Shown here piece after piece: positions 17,833-26,877 of a stretch of 28,023 bases of DNA (the stretch's first letter is position 1; each line of letters opens with the position of its first letter). The notes below the pieces were generated by a model that was not told the DNA's origin, did no database searches, and saw nothing but the letters and a program-made list of their open reading frames with translations. The position numbers and the translations under genes are program-made. The DNA lies in NCBI GenBank assembly GCA_005191425.1, contig SUPR01000044.1, forward strand, positions 1 to 28,023, read 5' to 3'. Source of the DNA: Candidatus Helarchaeota ASGARD archaeon Hel_GB_B. Lineage in GTDB: Archaea > Asgardarchaeota > Lokiarchaeia > Helarchaeales > HEL-GB-B.

Positions 17833-18330
17833 ATGTCTATGGATTTAGAATTTAGGAGAATAGTTCTTGGTAAATATATGGACTCAACTTTACATTATTG
17901 TTTACAATGTAGTAGATGTAATGATGTATGCCCTGTTAATGAAGTATCTGATGGCGCATATAACCCTCGTTCAGTAATTCTTAATGCATTTTTAGGGCTG
18001 AAAGAAAACCTTATAGGTAAACCAAATAATATCGCAGTATGGGGCTGTCAAATTTGCGATACTTGTAATTTAACTTGCCCACAAGATATAGAATTGACAG
18101 ATATATTTTATATAGTTAAAAATCTATCAGTTCAAGCAGGAGAAGCTCCCGAATATTATGTAATTCAAGCTAAGGCAATATTAGAAAGCGGAAAAGCTAT
18201 TCCACTACAGACAGCAATTGAAAGACGAAGAAGTCAAATGGGACTTCCTGAAGTACCAACTGGATTCGAAGATGACGTAAAAATAATACTAAAAGAAACT
18301 GAATTGGAGGAAAAATTATCAAAATATTAG
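17833..18330 (+). CDS. hdrC: Heterodisulfide reductase subunit C (2x[4Fe-4S])
   Basis: CLQCSRCNDVCP and WGCQICDTCNLTCPQDI; lies directly upstream of hdrB. Confidence 0.9.
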   Translation: MSMDLEFRRIVLGKYMDSTLHYCLQCSRCNDVCPVNEVSDGAYNPRSVILNAFLGLKENLIGKPNNIAVWGCQICDTCNLTCPQDIELTDIFYIVKNLSVQAGEAPEYYVIQAKAILESGKAIPLQTAIERRRSQMGLPEVPTGFEDDVKIILKETELEEKLSKY

Positions 18331-18340
18331 GGTGATAAAA

Positions 18341-19219
18341 ATGTCAGAATATAAATTATTTGCTGGGTGTGTAATTCCAAATAGATTACCGTTTCTAGAA
18401 CTTGCATCAAGAAAAGTTTTCGAAAAATTGGGCGTCCAGACTTCTGATGCACCATTTAGCTGTTGTCCAGACCCAGTAGGATTCCAAAGTACTGATAAAG
18501 AAAGTTGGCTTGCCTTAGGAGCCCGTAATTTATGTATTGCCGAAGAAGAGGGCAAAGATATAGTTTCACTCTGTAATGGTTGCACTCAAACTTTAAAAGC
18601 AGTTCAATATGATATCGCAAGAGCTTCTGAACTTGAAAAACAACGAATTTCAGATATTTTAGCAAAAGTAAATAAAGAATATAAAGGCTCAATTACAGTT
18701 AAACACTTTGTACAAGTTCTAATTGAAGATGTTGGTATTGATAAAATTAAAAGTATGATAAAAAAACCGATAGAACTTAAAATTGCATGCCATACAGGAT
18801 GCCATTATGCCAGACCAGCTGAAGTAATGAATTGGGACGATCCGGAACATCCAATTTATCTTAGACAATTGGTCGAAGCTTGCGGAGCTACCCCTGTTGA
18901 TTATGAAGAGGAAGTCTTATGCTGTGGGGCTGGAGCAGGTAATGCAAAAACAGAATATGGACTTGGCGTTCTGAAACGCAAATTGGATAGCGTAATTTCT
19001 GCTGGTGCTGATTGCATTTGTGTAGTCTGTCCAGCTTGTTTTACTCAATTCGATACTCAACAACGAGCTTTATCAAAAATGGTAGAAAAGGAATATAAAA
19101 TTCCAGTACTCTATCTAACAGAATTAATGGCGCTAGGAATGGGCTTTACTCCAAAAGATTTAAATTTAAAATATCATGGAGTAAAAACTAAAAATATCAT
19201 GGAAAAAATTGGACTTTAA
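18341..19219 (+). CDS. hdrB: Heterodisulfide reductase subunit B (two CCG domains)
   Basis: F.GC.IP, SCCP, LCNGC, HTGCHY.RP, CCGAG, CPAC..QFD and PVLY.TEL..L. ATG 18341 follows SD GGGTGA; the ORF track starts at GTG 18332. Confidence 0.93.
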   Translation: MSEYKLFAGCVIPNRLPFLELASRKVFEKLGVQTSDAPFSCCPDPVGFQSTDKESWLALGARNLCIAEEEGKDIVSLCNGCTQTLKAVQYDIARASELEKQRISDILAKVNKEYKGSITVKHFVQVLIEDVGIDKIKSMIKKPIELKIACHTGCHYARPAEVMNWDDPEHPIYLRQLVEACGATPVDYEEEVLCCGAGAGNAKTEYGLGVLKRKLDSVISAGADCICVVCPACFTQFDTQQRALSKMVEKEYKIPVLYLTELMALGMGFTPKDLNLKYHGVKTKNIMEKIGL

Positions 19220-19239
19220 TCATTTAAAAATAACATAGA

Positions 19240-19268
19240 TTTTCTATTCTTTTTTAAAACCTTTTTTT
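19240..19268 (+). terminator. T-rich tract, probable terminator of mvhG-hdrC-hdrB
   Basis: Successive T runs 20-50 nt after the hdrB stop. Confidence 0.35.
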
Positions 19269-19353
19269 GTTATTTGAATTATATTTATCCTGAAAATAAA
19301 TTTGATTTGATTTCTTCAAAATGTTTTTCTAATCGTATTTTTTATTATATACT

Positions 19354-20223
19354 ATGACATTTCCAGGAATGGAAAAATGGAGAGAAAAACTCCCAAATTA
19401 TCAAGGGAATAAAATATATCTTTTTCTTTTAAATAGCATATTATTTTTAAGTATTGGATTAATTTTTTAGGTCTTATTTGATATTATACCAAGAATATAC
19501 TTTTATATTAATTTTTTAGTTATTTTAGAGCCCATTTTTCCTATTATTGTCCCATTGATCACGGTTATAATTGGACTAAATATATTAAGAAGTATTTGGA
19601 AAAATAAAGAAAAGTATATAAAAGAAAATAAAAGAACCACTTATCAGCGAGCATTTAAAAAGTTTACTATTGGTCTGCCCTTTTTATTTTCTGTTATAGC
19701 CCATATTTTTATTCCAATTCGAAGCTTTTTTTTAATAACACCCATAAATAATTTTACGATAATATTATCCACTTCAATTTTTGCTTTTTCACCTTTTACA
19801 TCATTAATAGGTTTTTATATTCAAGTAATTTTATCATTATTTTATCTAATTTTAGGACTTTTAATTGTAAGAAAATCACTTCAAGTATTTGGAATAGATT
19901 ATATGACATTAGTTTATTTATTTTATCCAAACGAATCAAAAATACAAAATCACAGAATATATTCTATTTTACATCATCCCACTTATACAGGTGCCATTTG
20001 CATAACTCTTGGAGGTCTATTCATTAATTTTTCAATTTATTCTATTATACAATTTTTTATGATTTTTTTAGGATTAAATTGTCATATTCGATTTGTAGAA
20101 GAGCCCGAATTAATTGAAAGATTTGGAAAAAGCTATATTGAATATAGAAAAAATGTGCCCGCTTTTTTAATTAGGTTTAGGGATATTCCCGAATTATTCA
20201 AGTTCATTATTGGAAAAAGATAA
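19354..20223 (+). pseudogene. ICMT/PEMT-family membrane methyltransferase interrupted by one in-frame TAG (19468-19470); pseudogene or read-through gene
   Basis: ATG 19354 is in frame with the tracked ORF 19555-20223: MTFPGMEKWREKLPNYQGNKIYLFLLNSILFLSIGLIF*VLFDIIPRIYFYINFLVILEPIFPIIVPLITV.... The C-terminus has YSILHHPTY and EEPELIERFGKSY.EY...VP.F. Confidence 0.7.
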
Positions 20224-20407
20224 AAAATACAGTTTTTATGAAAAATCAGATAATTTTTCCCCATTATAAATTTTAATCGATTTTTAAACTCAAAGAAGTC
20301 GATAATAAAAAGGTTTTAAGAATAAAAAACATCTATTATAGATAATAAAATTAAAATTTAGTAATAATATATAATAAAGTATAAAATAAATAAAGTAATT
20401 TGTTATT

Positions 20408-20854
20408 TTAACTTTTTTCTTTTTCCCACTTTTCTCGTTTTTCTTTTTTCATAGGGTTTGGGCCCAATTCGCGTATTTCCTCAACATATTCTTTTACTAG
20501 TTCCGTTAATTCAACACTATCAGAAGCAGAAATCCATTGAAGCTTAACACGATTTGGATTAATTCCAAATTGAGAAATTAGCTTTTGAACGATAGGAATT
20601 TTGCGTTCTGTTTTATAATTGCCTTCCACATAATGACAATCACCAGGAAAGCATCCACAGATAAGAATCCCATCTGCACCATTAGCAAGAGCCTTTAAAA
20701 CAAATGTGGCATCAACTCTACCAGAACACATTACTCTAATTATTCTTAGATTTGCGGGACGTTGCATTCTTGATGTACCTGCTGCATCGGCTCCAGCATA
20801 GGAACACCAATTACAAAAAATTCCAAGGATGTAAGGATCAAACTCTTCAGGCAT
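20408..20854 (-). CDS. mvhD: Hydrogenase iron-sulfur subunit MvhD ([2Fe-2S])
   Basis: FCNWCSYAGAD.AG..R, RIIRVMCSGRVD and GC.PGDCHY.EGN. Confidence 0.95.
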   Translation of the reverse strand: MPEEFDPYILGIFCNWCSYAGADAAGTSRMQRPANLRIIRVMCSGRVDATFVLKALANGADGILICGCFPGDCHYVEGNYKTERKIPIVQKLISQFGINPNRVKLQWISASDSVELTELVKEYVEEIRELGPNPMKKEKREKWEKEKS

Positions 20855-21315
20855 TTATATCAACTACCAGTATAATTAAATAATTTAGTTTAATGCAGAG
20901 TTATTTATTTAATATTGATTTTTATTCATTATTATAATTTTTTAACAATCGAAGAAATTGTCAAATTAATTATATTAAAAATTAGTATTTATTTTTATCT
21001 CAGATATTAATAGAAATTTTATAGAAATTATATTAATAATAATATGAATTAATTATCAATAAGAAAAATAGACAACTAATTAATTTTTTTGTACCTAAAA
21101 TAACTTTCAAAATAAATTTTTTATTTTCAAAATTGTTTTAAAATATAATATTATACTTTTAAAAATGATATCAGAATGTAGAGATTAAAATTACAAGTTA
21201 TATATTGGCGGTGATTAGATTTTAAAAATAATAAATTAAACAATATTCGTATTATTTGGTATAAAAATGACTAAAAATTCAAAAATTATTTTATTTAAAT
21301 AAAAGAAAAAGTATC

Positions 21316-23754
21316 TTGGTGAGTAAATTAGAAGAACATAAAGAAAAATCAGAGAAATTGAAATTAAATATTCATGGAATGACTTGTGCATCATGTGCTG
21401 CAAAAATAGAAAATACATTAAACAATTTAGAGGGGATAGGAGTTGCAAATGTAAATTTAGGACTGGAAAATGCCTATATTGAATTTAATCCAAGTAAATT
21501 ATCTTATAAAGAAATTATAAATTCAATTAACAAGATTGGATATAAGGCAACTCTAAACAGAAGTGAATTATATTTAAAAAATGATATTAATATGAATGAG
21601 ATAGATAGTTTTAGAACGAAAATTAAGTCAATGAAAGGTATAGATGAAGTTTATTTTTTTCCAGAAAAGAAAAGTATTGTTGTGTACTATAATCCAGAGT
21701 TAATATCTAATTCTCAAATTAAAAGATCAATGAAGCAGATGGGGTATCTTGTAACTGAGAAACTGTCAGAATTAGAATTGAGAGAAAGAGAAAAAGACAT
21801 TGAAATTAAAAATATGAGAAATCGGTTTATAATTAGCGTAATTTTGGCTATTCCGATTATAATTTTAACTTACTTGAATATTATGCCTGAATATTTAAAT
21901 AGATGGATATTATTATTTCTAACAACACCATTAGAATTTATAGTTGGTTTTAGATTTCTTAAGGGAGCAGTTTTAGCATTAAGTCATAAATCTACAAATA
22001 TGGATGTCTTGATTTTTTTAGGTACTGGGACAGCCTATATTTATAGTACAATAATTACAATTATCGGACTTCCTTTTAGTGTATATTTTGATGCAGTTGC
22101 ATTAATTTTAAGTTTTATTTATTTGGGAAAGTATTTAGAAGCATATACTAAGAGAAAATCTTCAGATGCAATTAAAAAATTAATGAAATTACAGGCTAAA
22201 ACAGCGAGAATTATTCGGAACGGAATAGAGCTAGATATATCTATTGACGAAGTGGAAATTGGGGATATCATAATCATTAAACCTGGTGAAAAAGTTCCAG
22301 TTGATGGTACAATTATTGAAGGAAAATCATCTATCGATGAATCAATGATTACAGGTGAAAGTATTCCAGTAGAGAAAAATGTAGATGATAAAGTAATAGG
22401 TGGGACAATTAATCAGAGAGGACTACTAAAGATTAGGACTGATAAAATAGGAGAAAATACCATTTTATCACAAATAATTAAATTGGTAGAACAAGCTCAA
22501 TCTAGGAAAGCACCAATTCAAAAAATTGCAGATAAAGTAGCAAGTATTTTTGTTCCAATTGTTGTTGGAGTTGCTATTATCACTTTTTTCCTCTGGACTT
22601 TTTTTGGAGTAGGCATTGTTCTTAATCCATATACTTTTGCTTTAGAAAGATTCGTTGCGGTAGTTGTAGTTGCATGTCCGTGCGCTATGGGACTTGCAGT
22701 ACCGACCGCTATATTAGTAAGTTCGGGAAAAGGTGCGCAAAACGGGATTATAATTAAAGGAGGAGAGAGTCTTGAACTAGCTCATAAAATAAATACAATA
22801 GTATTTGATAAGACAGGTACTCTTACTAAAGGAGATCCAGAGGTTATTGATATTATTAATTTTAATTCGTCCGAGAAAGATATTATATTTTATGCAGGTT
22901 CAGCCGAGAAAGGTTCTGAGCACCCACTAGGTAATGCAATAATTAAGAAAGCAAAGGAATTAGGAGTTAGTTTAATTGAGCCCTCTGAATTAGAAGCATT
23001 TCCAGGACTGGGAATTAAATCTAAAATTAATGGCCATGAAATTCTTCTTGGAAATGAAAATTTAATACAAAAATACGGTATCAATTATTCAGAAATAAAA
23101 AATAACATAGAAAAACTACAACAAGAAGGTAAAACAGTAGTTGTATTATTACTTGATTATAAATTGATAGGATTAATAGCAATTGCAGACCCTGTTAAAA
23201 AATATTCAGAAATAGCGGTTAATGAATTAAAGAAGAAAGGTATTTCCATTGTCATGTTAACTGGAGATAATAAAATAACTGGAAATGCAATTGCTAGTAA
23301 ATTAGGTATAGACCACGTCCTATCGGAAGTCCTACCTTCTGAAAAAGCGGCTGAAATCAAGAAATTACAAGATGAAGGACAGATAGTTGCAATGGTCGGA
23401 GATGGTATTAACGATGCGCCCGCACTAGCTCAAGCCGATGTTGGTATTGCAATGGGTTCTGGAACAGATATTGCAATTGAAAGTGGCGATATAATTCTCA
23501 TAAATAATGATATAAGAAATGTTGTTTCTGCAATTAATCTAAGCAAAAAAACAATCATTAAAATTAAACAAAATTTGTTTTGGGCATTCATTTATAATAT
23601 TATCTTAATTCCTTTAGCTGCAGGTATAATTTATTCATCTACAGGGTTTATAATTCCTCCAGGACTCTCAGCAATGTTTATGGCATTTAGTTCAGTAACT
23701 GTTGTGTCAAATTCATTACTTTTAAAGCGTTATAACCCAAAATTAAAAGAATAA
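21316..23754 (+). CDS. copA: Cu(I)-translocating P1B-type ATPase
   Basis: [42 protein letters not shown] and MAFSS. Start is TTG 21316 or GTG 21319. Confidence 0.95.
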   Translation: MVSKLEEHKEKSEKLKLNIHGMTCASCAAKIENTLNNLEGIGVANVNLGLENAYIEFNPSKLSYKEIINSINKIGYKATLNRSELYLKNDINMNEIDSFRTKIKSMKGIDEVYFFPEKKSIVVYYNPELISNSQIKRSMKQMGYLVTEKLSELELREREKDIEIKNMRNRFIISVILAIPIIILTYLNIMPEYLNRWILLFLTTPLEFIVGFRFLKGAVLALSHKSTNMDVLIFLGTGTAYIYSTIITIIGLPFSVYFDAVALILSFIYLGKYLEAYTKRKSSDAIKKLMKLQAKTARIIRNGIELDISIDEVEIGDIIIIKPGEKVPVDGTIIEGKSSIDESMITGESIPVEKNVDDKVIGGTINQRGLLKIRTDKIGENTILSQIIKLVEQAQSRKAPIQKIADKVASIFVPIVVGVAIITFFLWTFFGVGIVLNPYTFALERFVAVVVVACPCAMGLAVPTAILVSSGKGAQNGIIIKGGESLELAHKINTIVFDKTGTLTKGDPEVIDIINFNSSEKDIIFYAGSAEKGSEHPLGNAIIKKAKELGVSLIEPSELEAFPGLGIKSKINGHEILLGNENLIQKYGINYSEIKNNIEKLQQEGKTVVVLLLDYKLIGLIAIADPVKKYSEIAVNELKKKGISIVMLTGDNKITGNAIASKLGIDHVLSEVLPSEKAAEIKKLQDEGQIVAMVGDGINDAPALAQADVGIAMGSGTDIAIESGDIILINNDIRNVVSAINLSKKTIIKIKQNLFWAFIYNIILIPLAAGIIYSSTGFIIPPGLSAMFMAFSSVTVVSNSLLLKRYNPKLKE

Positions 23755-23757
23755 ATA

Positions 23758-24009
23758 ATGGATGCAAAATCTATAATGGAAGAAAAAATTTCAGTTTATG
23801 AGAAATATAAATATAAAAAATTTAAATTAAAATGTAAAAAATGTGGTAAAATACAAGATTTACCTCAGCATTGTGGGCGGGATATGATCCCATTTCACGA
23901 TAAATTAGTATGTTGGATGAATTTAGCCCCACAATTTGGGGGTAAAAATTGTGGACAAGCAGAAATTCCGTTTCATCATGGAGAAAGAATGGAAATAATA
24001 GAAGTATAA
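23758..24009 (+). CDS. Small Cys/His-rich putative metal-binding protein
   Basis: CKKCG, PQHCGRDM, VCWM, NCG and PFHHGERM. Starts 3 nt after the copA stop. Confidence 0.7.
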   Translation: MDAKSIMEEKISVYEKYKYKKFKLKCKKCGKIQDLPQHCGRDMIPFHDKLVCWMNLAPQFGGKNCGQAEIPFHHGERMEIIEV

Positions 24010-24168
24010 TTTAATATATTTTCTAAAGGATGTAATTTCTCTTTATTTTTTTTATATAACTAAATTGAGTTTCTCTATGATTCAATATCAGTGAAATTTT
24101 TTAAATTATATTAATAGATATTTTCTTGATTTTACAAAAAATAGTTAAATAATATAAATATTTAAAAT

Positions 24169-25065
24169 ATGTCTAATATGGCCATAGTAAAAAAGAATTT
24201 AAGAAAAGGCATAGCAAACTTTGTCTTAATAGTTGTATTATATATAGGAATTCCCATTTTATTTATTGTAATTGCCCCATTAATAATCCCAACTTTTAAA
24301 GTAAGTTTGGGTTTGATAATTGGAATAATAATAATTGGACTAACAAACAGCTTTTCTTTTTTTCTGAGAGGATATTTTCCGCCAAAAACCATGCCGCATA
24401 TATTAGGAGGATTAGTATTATGTATATTTAGTGGGATTTTCTTTATGTTTTGGTTGGTTATTGGAAGTGGAATTGAGATATCTACAGAATTCTATGTAGC
24501 TAAGGCTGATTTGGGTATAATTTCTCAATTATTTGTTTGGATATTAATAGGAACCTCAGTCGCATTTTTATTGGAATTGTTTCATTATTATAAAAAATTA
24601 AAAAATTATAAGATTATAAAAATTGCAAAAATCGGTTTTTTAATTGCAAATTTAATTGTAATTGGACTATTGGGGATTCTAATTTTTCAAATGGCTATGA
24701 CAAGATATGGTGTAGATGAAATAAATGTACATACTCAAATTATAGGGTCTAAAAAATATTATAATGTAGATACAACAATCTATTTATCTAACTCGGGTTT
24801 TATTCCAATAAAAGATGTTTCTATAGAAATAACAATTTATGTAGAAGATAGTTCTTATTTTGAAAAAGGATTTATACTTGGAAAAAACACCACTTCTTTG
24901 GAAGATTTATTTAATACAGGTATACATCATATAATTTGTAATGCCACTTCAATGAAATTAAATAATACATTACCTGTAAATTCAATTTTAATAAAAATTC
25001 TATTTTTTGGAAAATGTTTTGGTGCAGCAATGGAAATTCAATACATAGAAATAGAATATGTATAA
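24169..25065 (+). CDS. Hypothetical membrane protein (about 5 TM) with C-terminal beta-rich soluble domain
   Basis: Hydrophobic segments in the first ~175 aa, then alternating beta-strand patterns (TTIYLSNSGFIPIKDVSIEITIY). Confidence 0.7.
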   Translation: MSNMAIVKKNLRKGIANFVLIVVLYIGIPILFIVIAPLIIPTFKVSLGLIIGIIIIGLTNSFSFFLRGYFPPKTMPHILGGLVLCIFSGIFFMFWLVIGSGIEISTEFYVAKADLGIISQLFVWILIGTSVAFLLELFHYYKKLKNYKIIKIAKIGFLIANLIVIGLLGILIFQMAMTRYGVDEINVHTQIIGSKKYYNVDTTIYLSNSGFIPIKDVSIEITIYVEDSSYFEKGFILGKNTTSLEDLFNTGIHHIICNATSMKLNNTLPVNSILIKILFFGKCFGAAMEIQYIEIEYV

Positions 25066-25324
25066 TTTAAAAGATTAATATTAAAGAATGTAATTTGAAA
25101 ATATTTTTTTAATGTAGATATGGATAATAAATAATAGTACTAATTAATAAATTCAAAAATTTTCAATATTCGATTAATAAATTAATAGAATTAACAAAAT
25201 GACAAATAATATAATAAATTTAAATAAGAAACAATTTTAATTCAGATAAGATCTTAATTAATACAAATAAAAAAGGATATAAATGAATTGAGGAATTCAA
25301 TATTAGAAAATTTGAATTAAATCA

Positions 25325-26077
25325 TTGGAGTTTCAAATGGACGTAGAAAAAGAACTTTTAAAGGAAATAAAAAAATTAGAGAAGAATTTATCGGACTTGA
25401 ATTCTAAATATAAATCAAGATTGATAGAAAAAGCAAGTTATGAAAAATCGAAAAGAATGATAGAAGAAAAAATACAAGATTTGAAAGAAAGATTAAATTA
25501 TTTAAAAAGGGCACGAGATAAACTTTCGGGAAAAACGGAAAAAAAGGAACAGGATTACGAAACTATTAGAGAATTCGATTTACAGAAGGAAATGGAGCTT
25601 TTATTAAAACATTATCAAATAGAGTTAGAACAATCGATTATTACAATATTTATAACAATTTCAATTAATAGGACCGAAAAAATATTTCTTTCAATCAAAG
25701 ACAAATATCATCCAATATTAAAATTGAATAAAAATCTGCTTTATTTAGGAGATCCTTTTGAATATTTAGAAACATTAAAAATGTGGAAGCAAGGAAAACT
25801 CGTCCATATAGTAGATATTATTCAAGAGTTTGAGAGATATTTATTAGACATAATTGGGATGGGCTCTCAATCGACTTTTGATCTTTATCAAGAGCGTAAG
25901 CATATACTTGAAAGAGCAAGAAAATTTTTAAAAGAGAAGGAATTAGGAAAAGCGACATATTTATATGATTATGCGGCGGAATTATCGTCTAGATTAGGCG
26001 AGGATAAAGTTGCAGCAGCATATAGAAACAAAGTGCATAAGTTAAGGGCACATATGAAGGGTGAATTTATTCTTTGA
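25325..26077 (+). CDS. Hypothetical protein: coiled coil + possible E2/UEV/RWD-like domain + helical TPR/MIT-like tail
   Basis: Lys/Glu-rich N-terminal heptads, central ...P.L.L...L...LETLKMW....VHIVDIIQEFE, and C-terminal ARKFLKEKELGKA.YLY..AAELS..LG. Start is TTG 25325 or ATG 25337. The fold call is inference. Confidence 0.65.
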   Translation: MEFQMDVEKELLKEIKKLEKNLSDLNSKYKSRLIEKASYEKSKRMIEEKIQDLKERLNYLKRARDKLSGKTEKKEQDYETIREFDLQKEMELLLKHYQIELEQSIITIFITISINRTEKIFLSIKDKYHPILKLNKNLLYLGDPFEYLETLKMWKQGKLVHIVDIIQEFERYLLDIIGMGSQSTFDLYQERKHILERARKFLKEKELGKATYLYDYAAELSSRLGEDKVAAAYRNKVHKLRAHMKGEFIL

Positions 26078-26078
26078 A

Positions 26079-26864
26079 TTAAGGTAATTTAGGACCACTT
26101 TTTTCTTTTTCCAAAATACTCATAAAAAGGCATTGATCTTTAGGTATAAGCATATTTTCTTTACTTTTTTCGGTTAGCGTTATCTTAGCTCCTTGAATAA
26201 TAGCGACAGGGATTTGCTGATTAGTTTCACCAAATAAAAGTTGAGCAAGACTGGAGAGATCATCCGCAATAGCACGATATGTGTATTTTAATTTATACCC
26301 ATAAAGGTCTTCTTTATTTCTACAATCTTCAATAGGTTCCATTCCAGATACAGCAAGTGCACCACCGATTACCCCTTTTTTTAATGGTTGAGTTCTTGAA
26401 TCAGCTATGATTATTGCTAATTTTTTTTTGAAATGTCCCTGTAATTTTTTTCGGATATTATCAGCTGTTTCTTGTAAATTTTTTGGTAAAAGAACTACAA
26501 AGCCAGGTGGTGCATTAGATTTATCGACCCCAGCATTTGCGTGTATAAAACCGTTTTTCTCTGTTAATAATACACCATTTACACCGCCAAGTATTTTATC
26601 AGCTTCATTTAATATTAATTCAACAAAATTTGGTTCCATATAATATTTTTTAGCTAATTTTTCTGCTTCATCAGATGGTTTAACACTTTCAAGTTTTATA
26701 ATACGATTTTGAGAAATTGCTAAAGGTGTTTCAGCAATAACTATAACATCGCCGTCATTAATTTGAAGTTTATTTGTTTCAATTGTATCAATAATAATTT
26801 GGACAATATCATCCCCAGGTTGAATTATTGGCGTCTTTAATCCATAACAAATTATTTTTTCCAC
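26079..26864 (-). CDS. cofE: CofE-family gamma-glutamyl ligase (F420-0:glutamate ligase or folate glutamyl ligase FolC2)
   Basis: P.IQPGDD, GDVIVIAE, ANAGVD.SN, II.DS...PL..G, D.R...DLYG..L.....A.ADDL and E.....P.AII.G. Confidence 0.88.
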   Translation of the reverse strand: MEKIICYGLKTPIIQPGDDIVQIIIDTIETNKLQINDGDVIVIAETPLAISQNRIIKLESVKPSDEAEKLAKKYYMEPNFVELILNEADKILGGVNGVLLTEKNGFIHANAGVDKSNAPPGFVVLLPKNLQETADNIRKKLQGHFKKKLAIIIADSRTQPLKKGVIGGALAVSGMEPIEDCRNKEDLYGYKLKYTYRAIADDLSSLAQLLFGETNQQIPVAIIQGAKITLTEKSKENMLIPKDQCLFMSILEKEKSGPKLP

Positions 26865-26877
26865 GATATATCATCTA

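Noticed and set aside
17826-17855. Selenocysteine read-through of the mvhG TGA stop
   Set aside because: Read-through adds only LNVYGFRI before a TAG, is out of frame with hdrC, and is not at a Cys-equivalent position.
6766-18330. Genome-wide reassignment of TAG
   Set aside because: TAG terminates the oxidoreductase (6766-6768), cca (8601-8603) and hdrC (18328-18330) at plausible natural ends.
25283-25324. Upstream in-frame ATG (25283) extending the 25325 ORF
   Set aside because: Three stop codons (TGA, TAG, TGA) intervene within 14 codons.
1102-26643. Short antisense/overlapping ORFs in the track (1102-1290, 3358-3648, 3575-3796, 4710-4934, 5199-5399, 6371-6565, 6527-6736, 9601-9804, 9916-10098, 11280-11570, 11921-12145, 12662-12850, 15745-15927, 16688-16885, 18319-18585, 18456-18692, 21236-21448, 22890-23084, 23157-23360, 24162-24392, 26407-26643)
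   Set aside because: All overlap well-supported genes, nearly all on the opposite strand, and show no motifs. They are typical shadow ORFs.
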